Source: Octopus vulgaris (lineage: Eukaryota). From it: a stretch of 64,000 bases of DNA. Both the position numbers and the translations under genes were made by a program. Below are positions 24,555-37,612 of this stretch, piece by piece (within the stretch, counting starts at the first letter, position 1; every line of letters starts with the position of its first letter). The notes below the pieces were generated by a model. It made no database searches. It saw nothing but the letters and a program-made list of their open reading frames with translations, and was not told where the DNA came from. Location of the stretch: contig OX597815.1 in NCBI GenBank assembly GCA_951406725.2, positions 868,001 to 932,000 of the forward strand, read 5' to 3'.

Positions 24555-26524
24555 CTGACAAAAGTAATTAAAACAAAAGATAAGAACAGATGTGAAGAAA
24601 TGTTTGGTGCTGTGTAAGAAATGGTAAAAGGATTGGCATGAGGGGTGGGGGCCATCCTTTCTTACCCCTGAATCAACATAGTAGAAAGAAACAGTAAAAC
24701 TATAAAGATAGTGGTGGTGGTGATGATGATGATGATGATAAATGGTGAGGTGTTGTCTTTCACTGAGTTTTGATGCCCAAGACAATCATTTTGTTGCAAT
24801 TGAATCAAGATGGAGAATATGGCTTCAAGTTTTAAGAGGTTCCTGGTTAAATTCAAATCCAGTGAGATCCCTTTTAATGCTAACCCACCTCCACCCATCC
24901 TACTATCTGTGAACAGGAGAGATTCTGTGCCATCTTCAGTGACCCATGGCACTGTAGTAGAGTGAGCTTGAGGAGAGAGAGAGAGAGAGAAAGAGAGAGT
25001 GGATGGGAGATGAATAGTAAGATGATTGAAGGGGTCATAAACAGAGAGAGATCCCTGATAAAGGGATAAGAGGAGGTGGGTGAGTGATGGAGTGTTAGTG
25101 GGAGGAGAGGTCTTATTAGTAACCAACAAAATAAACTCAATAGTATACATGGAGGCAATGACCTTTGGAAATGACCTTTGGAAATGACCTTTGGCATTAT
25201 GTTGTGCTTGAGAAGAAGACCCATCAAGCCAAGCGAAATTGCAGTTGTGGCAGATACCAGTGTCACGCAAATGGTACCAGTGTTGGTGGCACGTAAAAGG
25301 CACCCAGTACACTCTGTGAAGTGGTTGGCATTTGGAAGGGCATCCAGCTGTAGAAACCAAGCCAAAATAGATAAATGGATCCTGGTGCAGCCCTCAGTCA
25401 AACTGTCCAACCCATGCCAGCATGGAAAACAGATGTTAAATGACGATGAAGCACAGGTGCTTTTTATGTTGCCCCAGTACAGGATTCTCGCAGTCCAATC
25501 CACTTCGCTAAGGGGTGGGGCAGCCTTACATGCAAAATATGCACCACATGATATTGTGCCATCTGGAAACATAAAATAGATGTTGGAGTTCACAAAAGAG
25601 ACAACACAGAACCTTGATTCAAATTGCAGACCTAGCCAACCCTCATCACTGCCAAAACAACTTTAATGAAGGAAGAAGTTCATGAAATGAAAGACTTCAG
25701 TTTACTCCATCAACAATGGCAATATTATCATTATTATTATTGAATGAGAGAGCAGTGCATGCCATCAAAGTGGCACTGGGGTAAAATATACGAAGCCCAG
25801 TATACCTACCATGACTACCCATCTGATAAGGGTACACTGGGCACTTGTATCACAACCATATGTGCACGATATGGTGATCTCATATCAAGATAAACAGCAC
25901 ATGACCTTGCAGGTGGGGCCCAGTTAGAATTTTCTTCTGGTTGAGTAGCCCATCCCGTTCAAAAGGTCCCTGAATAAGGGTTGTTTAAGGATATTGAACG
26001 AACCACCCATGTTTCCAGAGGTGAATTATTCAAACCCCAAAGAACTCCTCTCAGCACATGGCTATGATGCTCCCCTACTACTTCTGCTTATGATCAGAGA
26101 TGCACATATCATCAGTCACCGAGGGACATGCTCAACTGGTTAAGGTCAAACAACTGACAAGCAAATCTGTGGTATTGAGCAGAATATTTGCTGTAGCCCA
26201 TCTTTTATACCAAGACAAAACAATGTACATGATAACACTTCCAATCAGTCAAGATCAGAAGCCATGAGAGCCACTGCCTGGTACTGCATCAGGGCATTTA
26301 TTATTATTATTATTATCCTTTCAGGGTCAGTAAATTATGTACCTGCTGAACACTGGGGTTGATGTACTCAACCAGTCCCCTCCCCAACAAATTTCTACAG
26401 TAGAAAGGATTATTAGAGAAGAATATAAAGAATATTCCAAGATTCTCTGCCACTCCCCTCCTCTCCCACATATAGAAAATAAACAAATTATTTAATTGAA
26501 ATAAAATCAAATCAGACACTTCAC

Positions 26525-26617
26525 CTTTGATACAGCTTGGCTTGTCCACATGTCGGCTGTGTCCAAGACCTAACTGACCCCAATCATTTGGACCAAACAT
26601 AAAAATTCGACCACTTT
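26525..26617 (-). CDS. RPGR: RPGR-like exon 3 (ESGRIFMFGPNDWGQLGLGHSRHVDKPSCIK)
   Basis: tttcag| and |gtgaag; 93 nt; RCC1 FG.N.WGQLGLG motif. Confidence 0.93.
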
Positions 26618-27627
26618 CTGAAAGTCAAGATAATCAAGTCAAATTCTTGCATACCAAAGATATAAACATAATTATTAATTATTATTAACGAATAAACAAA
26701 GAAACAATTTAAGGACATTTGTTAAATAAAACAAGACATTTATCTTACATAACAAGATATTTTCAAATATAAAGAAAAATTCCTTATCAAGCAGGAACTG
26801 GTAATTGTAGCGGATTGGAAATTTCCCAGAATTATCCAAAGTTCCCTGTGTGTGTTGCGATCTCTTTATCAGAGTTAATGAAGGCTTTGCAAGGACTATT
26901 GTAGAGAGAGAAGACCATTGTGTTGGTTTGTTCTGCACCAAGCTGTCAACACTTCCTAGTGATCTTCTCTGCTAGAAATGTTGTGACCCACTGGAAACAT
27001 GTGACTAACACATATTTGGGTTATAAAAAAAAAAACTCAAATATTCCAAACCATACAATTTCATCATCATCGTTTAACGTCCGCTTTCCATGCTGGCAGG
27101 TGTTGGACGATTTGACTGAGGTCTGGCAAACCAGATGGCTGCACCAGGCTTCAATCTTGATCTGGCAGAGTTTCTATAGCTGGATGCCCTTCCTAATGCC
27201 AACCACTCCGAGAGTGTAGTGGGTGCTTTTACATGCCACCGGTACGAGGGCCAGTTAGGTGGTACTGGCAATGGCCACGCTCAAATGGTGCCTTTTATGT
27301 GCCACCTGCACTGGCAACAGCCTCGCTCGAATGTTTTTCCACGTGCCCGCAGCACAAGTGCTAGTGAGGCGATGCAGGTGACGATCACGCTCGAATGGTG
27401 TTTTTAATGTGCCATCGGCACAGAGGCCAGCTTGTTGCTCTAGCAACGATCTCACTCGTACGGTACTCTTAGCGCTCCACTGGCAATGGATGCCAGCCAC
27501 CGAGTTTGGTTTCAATTTCACTTGCTTCAACAGGTCTTCGCAATCGAATTTGATTTCGATTTTTTTTTCATTTCTTTTTAATATTTCAATTTTTTTAAAA
27601 ATGACGAGGTGCTCATGAAATTTTTAC

Positions 27628-27753
27628 CTGTAACTAAAGCAGTATGTTGGTCTCCACAGGCCAACTGCAGGATCGGATCATTGCGAACCCAGAATCTGCT
27701 AGGGATATTATCAGCAAACCTAGACCGCCCAAATGTGAACACAGCACCAGTCT
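27628..27753 (-). CDS. RPGR: RPGR-like exon 2 (ETGAVFTFGRSRFADNIPSRFWVRNDPILQLACGDQHTALVT)
   Basis: cttccag| acceptor and |gtaaaa donor; 126 nt; RPGR-specific N-terminal RCC1 segment. Confidence 0.93.
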
Positions 27754-30700
27754 CTGGAAGATATCAATGGAAAAATATGAGTAATCAATGATCTATATTA
27801 ATAAATTTCTTCTTTCTTTTTCTCTTTTTTAGTTTTGAGAAAAGGTGTGTGTGTGTGTGTGTGTGTATGTGTGGGAGGTTCCATGATTGCCCATTCCAAA
27901 GCACTGCAATGTTACCCATCACCACATGGTCTTTTGTTTAAGTCTTTACAATAGAACATAGAACTGATTCTTCTAACTTTTCTGACAACAGACTCTTGGT
28001 GAAAGTGAAGGTTTCACTCACAAATGTGGTAGGGGTCCTTTTTTGCTCTCTTTTTCACTCACTTTACACCTTATTCACAGCCCTGAACCAAAATCTCAGA
28101 CATCTACAAAGAAAGCAGTAAACCTTGACAAATCCTTTCATTCTTTACACTTTCATCTTCTTCTCATTCCACAATTTCTTGCAAATGAAGGATTTTTACT
28201 CTTCTATGAAAGCAAAGGTAAAGAAAAATGCTCTCTCTTGCACACACACACACACACATCTGTACATGTATGTATGTACATGGGTCTGTGTGCAAATGTT
28301 GTATCACTTTGTCTTGATATATTTGTGTGTAGGTGTGGGGAGGGGGAAAAAAGACAGACAGACATGTCTTACCCCTGTTTGTATTTTATTATCTTTATTA
28401 TTTGCTTGTTTGGACAATCAGCTGCCATTGGTATTGTTGCCTGGCATCGGATCAGCTTTCATTGAAAACACTTGTGATAAAAGCATTCCAACTATGACGT
28501 CCACTGCCTATTACTACATTCATCAAAGTAGTTGATCCTGTCATCTCTATAATTGCCAGTCATCACTCCCACTCCCCTGCACCACTATCAATCAGCATCC
28601 ATTCTGCCTTCTTATCATCATTTCCCCCATTAATATTCAACCCTCACCACCACCACCACCACCACCACCACACCTCCTCTGTTTACCATTCACTACGTTC
28701 ATCCTCTCTCTCTGTTTGTTTATTCTTTTACTTGTTTCAGTCATTTGACAGTGGCCATGTTGGAGCACCTTCCTTCTTGAGCCACGCCTGGCTCATAAGG
28801 GCCGGTTTCCTTGGCGTATAGTTTCCCCACCTGCACGGGACACCGGTCCGTCTCAGGTGAGCTGCAAGATGCAGGAGGAAAGAGTGAGAGAAAGTTGTGG
28901 CAAAAGAGTCAGCAGAAGTTCATCATTACCTTCTGCCGGAGGCGCGTGGAGCTTAGGGGTTTCGCTCATAAACACACACATCGCCCGGTCTGAGATTTGA
29001 ACCCGCGATCCCTCGACCGCGAGTCTACTGCTCTAACCACCAGGCCATGTGCCTCCACTATGTTGGAGCACCACCTTTAGTCGAACAAATTCATCCCAGG
29101 ACTTATTCTTTGTAAGCCAAATACTTATTTTATCAGTCTCTTTTGCGGAACCACTAAGTTACGGGGATGTAAGCATACCAATATCGGTTGCCAAGAGACA
29201 GTGGCGGGACAAACACAGACACTCATATATATAGTTGGAATTTACAAAAAACAAAAGACGAAGACAGGTGTGTAAACAACAAACAGGTGTATTAGTTTAA
29301 TGTTTGGGAAGGTGAGAAAGCCTTTGCGTTTCGAGCCTATGCTGACGGGCTTCTTTCAGTTTCCGTCTACCAAATCCACTCACAAGTCTTTGGTCAACCT
29401 GAGGCTATAATAGAAGACACTTGCCCAAGTGCCACGCAGTGGGACTGAACCTGGAACCATGTGGTTGGGAAGCAAGCTTCTTACCACACAGCTACTCCTG
29501 TATATATACCTAAACACTTCTACTCCCCCTTTTCACTCGATCCCTCAGTCTCCCCTCACAATCTCATGACCTTATCCACCCCAACTGATTCTCCTGCCTC
29601 CAAGTTCTCTTCTATTCATCTTCCTGGATATGTTACCTGGCACCTCATCACCACCACAACATTCACCTCTTTTTTCAACTCCCCTCCAACCTCTCTCTAT
29701 CCGCCCATACAACATAGACATGAATCTCCTCCACAGCAGCAAACCTGTCCCTGCCCCTCCCCATCATACTCCAACTTCTCAACACCCATTTCTTTACTAC
29801 CCACAAGGGGCTAAACACAGAGTGGACAAACAAGGACAGACACACGGATTAAGTCGATTATATCGACCCCAGTGTGTAACTGGTACTTAATTTATCGACC
29901 CCGAAAGGATGAAAAGCAAAGTCGACCTCGGCGGAATTTGAACTCAGAACGTAACGGCAGACGAAATACCGCTAAGCATTTCGCCCGGCGTACAAATGAT
30001 TTTGCCAGCTCGCTGCCTCACAGAAAGCAACCACTCGATCTCCCATCTTCTCTCTCAGTCAAGGAGACTCTTTAGTTTTGCATGACACATGGTGACTTCA
30101 CTAGTAAAAAGCGCCCAATACACTTTGTAAAAGAACATCTAGCCATAGAAACCATGCGAAAACTGAGGACTTAGAAGTGGTTCTGTGACACATTGAATGC
30201 TTGTCAAACCGTCCAACCCATGCCAGCATGGAAAGTAGACATATAAATGATGATGATGATGAAGATAACATCAGATGTCATTTTTAAAATAAGGAACAAG
30301 TTTGGAGAAATTTCGGCTGCTTATTCTAGCAGATAACACAACCATATAGAACCTCCTTCAATTTGATGTGTTATCTACCTATTTACTACCCACAAGGGGC
30401 TAAACATAGAGGGGACAAACAAGGACAGACAAACGGATTAAGTCGATTACATCGACCGCAGTGCGTAACTGGTTCTTAATTTATCGACCCCGAAAGGATG
30501 AAAGGCAAAGTCGACCTCGGCGGATACCATGATGTGAAAGCTGTCTTCCTGTCAACCAAGCCTGCTGAAACAAGCAGAGTTATGTACCTTGCACTTGGAA
30601 ATCACAACCTGATCACCACAAAGAGTTATCGATTTTGACAATTTAATCTGATACTGAATTTAACATTCCAATCAAACTTTCTGTAAAATCTTTTTACCGA

Positions 30701-30871
30701 TTCCATTTAAAATCAATTACTAATAATTTCGTAAAACTTAACAAGTATCACCAAACATCTGTTGCTTTCTAGAATGTTATTGCAGAAATTATTATCAAAA
30801 ATCGATAGAAACTGTGGCGTGGCAATAATTTTTTGGAGAGTTTTGTTATACGTCGGAAAAAATCCCTAGAA

Positions 30872-31348
30872 TTTTAGGACAGTTTATTTTGAACCGTCCC
30901 CTATGTGGAACTTTGTCGAAGATTTTATCAATTACACAGATTATTCTGGCTTTTTGAGTTTGGAGACTCGGCTAATTGGTATTCTAGACATAAATTAATT
31001 TTCATATTCGATGACAATATCACAGTTCATAATTATGTTAGTTGCGGATTATGCAGTTTAGAGACGACATTTCAGAACAGCCCTGAGACGTAGACAGTGC
31101 ATATATTATTAGTAATCAGTGTCCACGTCTCAGGGCTGTTCTGAAATGTCGTCTCTAAACTGCATAATCCGCAACTAACATAATTATGAACTGCGTTATT
31201 GTCATCGAATATGAAAATTAATTTATTCCTAGAATACCAATTAGCCAGCCGAGTCTCCAAACTCAAAAAGCCAGAATAATCTGTGTAATTGATAAAATCT
31301 TCGACAAAGTTCCACATAGGGGACGGTTCAAAATAAACTGTCCTAAAA
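30872..31348. repeat. Long near-perfect inverted repeat (arms 30872-31091 and 31125-31348, 33-nt spacer)
   Basis: The arms are reverse complements apart from a 4-nt indel and about 5 substitutions. Confidence 0.97.
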
Positions 31349-31843
31349 GAACTTCGATATAGAACAAATATAATGTGGCTACTTTGGTGACGACGTGAAT
31401 GTAGAGTCCATTCCGCGCTGATATATATTTGTGTCTGTTTATGTTTTAGAATCTCACAAACAACGAGGGGAAAAAACATTAAAACTCTTTCATTGAAGTG
31501 GTTCGGCAAAATACAGTGCATTTTAGTGTATTTTAATAAAGACACATTAAATGAATGTTTAATTGTATAGGTTAATAATAATAATATAATTATAATACAC
31601 CACGAAAATAAATATAACCATACGTAAGTGCCCCAGAGAATGGCTTTCTAACATATAATAAACATGTTCTAATAAGATATAAGCCTTGACAACCGATAAT
31701 TAAATAACGTTTAAAGAATAAAACTGTCAATAAAACATTAATGTCTGTTTCTGAAGGGTAATGTTTATTTAGATTCACCATGGAAACAAGAATTCCAATT
31801 TGTTAAAGAATTATAAAATATATAACTTTAACAGTTACTTTAC

Positions 31844-31868
31844 CAGGAATGTCAACTTCTGCCGCCAT
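31844..31868 (-). CDS. RPGR: RPGR-like exon 1 (MAAEVDIP + G)
   Basis: ATG GCG GCA GAA GTT GAC ATT CCT G|gtaaag. The phase 1 end joins exon 2 in frame (GAG = E). AGTATGG is a good Kozak context. Confidence 0.8.
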
Positions 31869-32431
31869 ACTTGTAACTAATATACAACTGGTTACATGTC
31901 CCAATGTAGCGTTACTGTTGTTAACGAATCCCTGCCTCAGTGTTGCGTTACACTTGTTTTACAACTTCAAGGATAAAAATCCCAGGAAAAGGTCAGAGGA
32001 AAATCTCCCGAAAACAGTTGACTCGTTCAATGGGGATTTTTTTTCATTTCCTCGATTTGTGGGCGATCTTTGACTTTCGGATTTCCCTTTCATTTTTATC
32101 AACGAGGACCCAATATCACTTTAGCGAACAACAAAGACTTCTTTTCTCCTTCCCAGGTCGTCCACATAACTGGGATTTTCTCCGATTTGAAGGGGATTTT
32201 TCAATTTTTTTCTCCATACACTTCAATATGGTTGGGGGGTAAGCCCTTTATTAAAAAACTTATGAAAATCTAGGAATATTTTTCTTTTGTGTATATATAT
32301 CTGTAAATGTGATATGTGACAATTATTCGGTAACCATGATAAAACTCCGAGTTTCTGATTCCGACGTGGAAATCCACGCCGCTATCTCTTCAGTTATCCG
32401 GCCATCGGAAAAATGCTATCTATGCATATAA

Positions 32432-32505
<74 letters not shown>

Positions 32506-33429
32506 TTATATATATATATAAATGCTATATATATGCATATATACATACATGTACATACTTAGGCATACCCGGGCTCGAGCTGCTGTGTGGGTCATCTCGA
32601 AGTAGCAAAAACACATGTATATACATATGCATATATAGGTACTGGACATTAAAAAACGTAAACAACATGAAATACGAAACTATGGAAAACGAACTTTTTT
32701 TTTCGAACAACGAAAGAAGCAAATGGAAAGCAAGACAGGCAACATAAAGAACGACCCTCCATCAGTTGTCGGCTGTTTTATCCACTCTGCATTTCGAGCA
32801 TTACGATAAGCTGCGTCTTCGTCAAACAGTTGCTTCTGCCAAGCAAATTAAATAAATTTGGGATTTGAGAAGGGTCAAAGTTGGTAACAAAAACAGGTCA
32901 GTGAAAATAAACGGTAAGGGTTGTTAAGCCATAACGAGGTGATGTGGTGAACGCTGGAGAAACAAGCTTTGACAGGAGACAGACAAGAATGCGTCATATC
33001 CCTGTATATATACATATATATATATATATTACTGGGGGGGAAGGATGGTTTATGGGATAGGCCAACAGGTTTTGAAGTCTGACGATACGCCATAAAGTTA
33101 AACCCTTTTATGAACAGGAAACCCGGGGTAATCCCATAAACCGGCTTTCCCCAGTAAAAAATAATATACTGCTCTACATCTTAGAGTGTGCTTCCTCTCC
33201 AGATTTATGTTTTCTACAAACTGCGGACATGCTGGGGCACTACACGGGAGATTTTTTTTTATCAAATTGACCCCAATACTTAATATCTTTTTCTTTTTAT
33301 ATATATATATTTACTTTTACTAGAAAATTACACAACACAAAACCACATTAAAAATATAGATCCAAAACCGGGAGAAAAATGGAAAAAGAGGAACAAGGAA
33401 TGAAAAAGAAAAACGAAAAAAAAAAGGCA

Positions 33430-33866
33430 AAAGCATATCAATTCAGTACCAAGTACCTCACTTGGTCGCACAGCACAAGGTTCAACAGAGCCTACCGAAG
33501 CAAGCCAACACGGTATTATCACAGGCGATGGCGAGGCTAAGGCATTGGAACAGCTAAGCACCCTCACGGACATCACCTGACGCCTCGACAATGACAAGAA
33601 CATTGCTGTTAGAGACCCAGACCATCTAAACGTCTCAAGCTGGATGAGATGGTTCCCTGTCAGGTACTTAAGGATTTTCTTCCGTTCGGCTACAGAAGCA
33701 GTGACCCTTCATTTACCGCAGCCCCCAGATTGTGGGAGGGAGTAAAGGAGTCACAGATTGTGTCCCTCCCCTAGATGAAGCACCTATCTCTTAACCAAGA
33801 ACAAGGGATAAGACCATCTAGTTTTTTTTTTCAATCACTTCTGGATAATCTCGCCGGCCTCGGTAC
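33430..33866 (-). mobile_element. CRE/R2-superfamily RLE retrotransposon 3' fragment
   Basis: Degraded (R)PDG..PW, CLI.., K.LKY, ETF, LSLA.A motifs; homologous to 38700-39069 plus 40912-40990. Confidence 0.65.
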
Positions 33867-34430
33867 TCGTAGCCATTTCGGTGTGGAGAGAAATCCCTCT
33901 GACTGCTCGACCTCGACTCTGTCGTCACTATAACATCCAAAAGATGCGACGACCTGAGGTGATGTAGGAAACGGGATTGTTTCCAAATCGACCTCAGGCC
34001 GCGTACATTTATGCATCCAACATTAAGAATGTCCATAGAAAGAATTATTTGCTTACTCCCTCCTGTTCTTCATCTGGGGTTTGCGGGGTAATGTCTATGA
34101 GGCCCTCATATATTTGTGTGGAAAAGTCCTTCCTCAAGGACTCCATATCTTTAACATATTTCTTTTTAAAGTGTATGCGAGAGAATCGAAATAAAGGCAC
34201 CTACTTTCTCTTCGCTCAGACGGAGACCCTTCAACGGTAAGGGATCCTTCGACACAGCCCGATCCGAACGTTAGAAATAGCAGCTGCTTCTCCCATACCT
34301 TAACAACGGGCTCACGCGTCTTACTCCCTCGGCGACCTCGATCGAAAAGGCTGAATCCTGCGCGCGCGCGCGTCACTCCTGCCCCTTCCGGTCAGCCCCA
34401 AGTTCCGGTCAGCTCCCCAGCTGCTGACGT
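33867..34430 (-). mobile_element. L1/Tx1-like fragment: end of ORF1 and start of the ORF2 APE endonuclease
   Basis: MDILNVGCINVRGLRSIWKQSRFLHHLRSSHLLDVIVTTESR is an APE motif I/II. Confidence 0.65.
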
Positions 34431-37219
34431 CATCCCACATAAAGTTTATGTAATTGTCTCTAGTAGTTGCGAATATAAGTATTTCATTGGTTATCCATTA
34501 TTCCGAATGCTTGTGTTATGTCATGCGTGTCCTCCGTATCTCGTAGTTCTTGCAAAAATTTATGGTTCCTTGCGGCCACCAACATGTATGTATGTATGTA
34601 TGTATGTATGTATGTATGTATGTATGTATGTATGTATGTATGTATGTATGTATTACATATGCCAGATGTGGATACTTTGATATTAGGTGGACCGAGATCC
34701 CCGTTGACCAACCGCTGAAATTTAAGTGTTTGACACTCGTGCTATGCAAATCAGCCGCCCCAGTTTTCTGGAGCTTCTGTATTTGCTGTGTGTTTAAACA
34801 GATTAACTGCTTACTTCTCTTGGATTACTCTGCTAACATAGTTTAATTCTTGTTCAACATCTTAACCAAAGTAAACAGACGACTATTCTACGTACTTTGA
34901 TCTTAATATGGTGCCCCGCAACTGCGGAGTTCCCCTGCAACCGCAGGAGTTGCAAGGGCTTAGCGACAGTCCTGGAACAAGTTTTTTCTAACATCAAATG
35001 TTGTCAGTCGTCATGGTTGAGATCTGTCTTCACCACTTCGTCCCAAGCCATCTTTTATATTCTTGAGCGCTTGGCACATCTTTACACAGCTGTCATCTAT
35101 ATGCTTCACTCTGATGGAGAAACCCTTTGCACAAGTAATAACCCTAACCCTAACATTTCGCCCCTTAATGCTCATTCTAACTACTATACTCTCAGAATGG
35201 TCACACTCACTCTCAATGGTGATTAGGTCTCTTAGCTTTTCTAACGAACTTTTCAAACTCTCTCTCTGCAAAATTATTCCACCCTCGCGCCACCAAAAGA
35301 ACTCTATATCCATCGGGTCTCTTCCCATCGTCTATGAATAATTCCAGTGGCTCCAGAATTAAGGCGAGAGTACTGTAATAATTTGGCTGGGACTCCTTGT
35401 ATACGTAAATTTATCTCGTTCTGACGGACGAAGTAATCCACATTCAGTCGATATGACGCCTCATAAAGTGTTCAGGAATCGAGTGTCTCAAATAACACAA
35501 AAACTAAACGAAAGTAAAATTACATTTCCCGCACTTGATACTCATAAGGATCGGCTCATTTTGTCGTTAGCGGAACTAGATCAATGAGTACAATAAAGCA
35601 CGTCATTGTTGATGTAATTTCCGCAAACGGCAACACGTTTTAGATGAACGTATTCTCCGTTTGTTGATTTTTTACTCACTCGGGCTCGTTCTTTCGAGCA
35701 GACGTGAACGGTAATGTTGAGTGAGACTTTTACTGTGAAGTTTTAGAAGAGAGAGAGAGAGAGAAAGGGGAAAAACCAGCTTCCATTGAAAGTGAAAACC
35801 AAATGCGTCTTTGAATGAGGTAGGTGTAACGTTTCTTGTTCGTGTTGGCGTCTCTCCCGGTTCAGTTGTGTTGATGTCACTGATTTGTTAGTTTAACTGA
35901 CTTGTCTCTTCGTCTAACATTTGAAGGCTTATCATAGTTTTACCAGAAAACCTCTTTAACAACAACCAAAACAAAAACAAAAAACTTCTACGGAGGAAAC
36001 CGGAGACTTGAACGCAGCCAATTTTGGGAGAAAATAAAGAGAAAAATAAAGGCAAGAAGAATCGATCACAGCACTTTAGTGATCGATATCTGACAGGATG
36101 AAAAGCAGAAACAAGTATAACTCTCTTTTACTCTTTACTCTTTTACTTGTTTCAGCCATTTGACTGCGGCCATGCTGGAGCACCGCCTTTTAGTCGAGCA
36201 AATCGACCCCGGGACTTATTCTTTGTAAGCCCAGTACTTCTTCTATCGGTCTTTGCCGAACCGCTAAGTGACGGGGACGTAAACACACCAGCATCGGTTG
36301 TCAAGCATTGCTAGGGGGACAAACACAGACACACAAACACACACGCACATATATATATATATAGAACAAAACAGAAATCCTTTCTCCGTCCACACGCTGC
36401 TCGTTTCCACAATAAAAAAACATTCTAAAGCACACACCACAAATTGATGAGTGAAAATCGAAATTAGAATTTCGAAAGAAGTATCTGTGAATTGGTGATT
36501 TCTGTTATTTAAAATGTAGAAAAGAATATTTTCAATTGATGAAAAGTATAACGAGACCGAAAGTATCTTTTCCTCCCATTCTCTTTAATTGAATAGCAAA
36601 AGTTTATCCCTGCAGCACCTTGTCTTAAGTACCTTAGGGTTCTCCTTATTTTTGTCTTGTTGAAAAAATAGTATGTAAAAAAATTAGATTTGATGGCAAT
36701 TGTCAACGAAAATAAGGTAAGACTTTTTTTATTTTTAATCTTTATTCAAATTTTATGTCGTTTAGAGAAAGGTTTTTACAATTTGGCAAATGTAAAAGAG
36801 AGAGAGAGAGAGAGAGAGAAATAAGGAAAAGAAGCGAAAACCAAAAATTATTGTGGAAGGGGTTTAAGAATTTTTAATTTTTTAAAATTGTGAATTCCAA
36901 ATGTTTCAGAAAGTGGAATATAATAAAAGGACTGAAATTGACGGAGGGGGGGGGGGGATAGTTTTGGTTGCAGTTTTTTGTCTCGGAATATGGAAATATA
37001 ATAAGAGGCGAAAGAGAATTTGTCACTTTGATGTCGTTTGTGGGGCAGGGCGACGTTTTGAAAATTATGGATTAAAATTTGATTAAAATAAAAGGTTCCC
37101 CCACCCCCACTCTATCATTTTGAATGTTTGGTTCTAAGAAAAATGGAAAATGTCTCGATAAAAGTAGAAGGATTGCGAGTGTTTGGCAATTTCCGTACAA
37201 CATTTTTTTTTTTTGCTTA

Positions 37220-37612
37220 TACTCTTTACTCTTTTTCTCTTTTACTTGTTTCAGTCATTTGACTGCGGCCATGCTGGAGCACCGCCTTTAGTCGAGCAAA
37301 TCGACCCCGGGACTTATTCTTTGTAAGCCCAGTACTTATTCTATCGGTCTCTTTTGCCGAACCACTAAGTGACGGGGACGTAAACACACCAGCATCGGTT
37401 GTCAATCAATGCTAGGGGGACAAACACATACACATATATATACATATATACAACAGGCTTCTTCAGTTTCCGTCTACCAAATCCACTCACAAGGCTTTGG
37501 TCGACCCGGGGCTATAGTAGAAGACACTTGCCCAAGGTGCAATGCAGTGGGACTGAACCCGGAATCATGTGGCTGGTGAGCAAGCTACTTACCACACAGC
37601 CACTCCTGCGCT
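37220..37612 (-). mobile_element. tRNA-headed SINE with a (GAGTAAA)-type tail. Other copies: 28720-29500, 36120-36345, 44368-45800 (split), 51850-52140, 57005-57378, 57785-58145, 58330-58670.
   Basis: Head GGAGTGGCTGTGTGGTAAG...GGTTCAGTCCC (A/B boxes); many homologous copies. Confidence 0.8.

Larger units (their letters stand above)
3510..31868 (-). other. RPGR: Gene span of an RPGR-like (X-linked retinitis pigmentosa GTPase regulator) RCC1-repeat gene, exons 1-13; 3' end not located
   Basis: The spliced translation MAAEVDIPETGAVFTFGRSRFADNIPSRFWVRNDPILQLACGDQHTALVT-ESGRIFMFGPNDWGQLGLG... follows the recalled human RPGR N-terminus ([27 protein letters not shown]...LSCGDEHSAVVT) through all RCC1 repeats and the LSARxRRR / RTLP motifs. 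All introns are GT-AG with compatible phases. Confidence 0.92.

Noticed and set aside
24662-25593. 232- and 237-aa ORFs
   Set aside because: They run through RTE-tail repeats and simple repeats in an RPGR intron, with no domain signature.
30905-31545. Mirror ORFs 30905-31093 (+) and 31072-31545 (-)
   Set aside because: By-products of the inverted repeat; no coding evidence.
33795-33835. Apparent second independent Tx1 insertion (poly-T) at the same CRE target site as 39070
   Set aside because: Alignment with 40912-40960 shows the T-run is the mutated host KRPDG sequence and homology continues to about 33866, so this is the empty site.
37540-37612. tRNA genes at SINE heads
   Set aside because: Only A/B-box remnants attached to SINE bodies; no complete cloverleaf.
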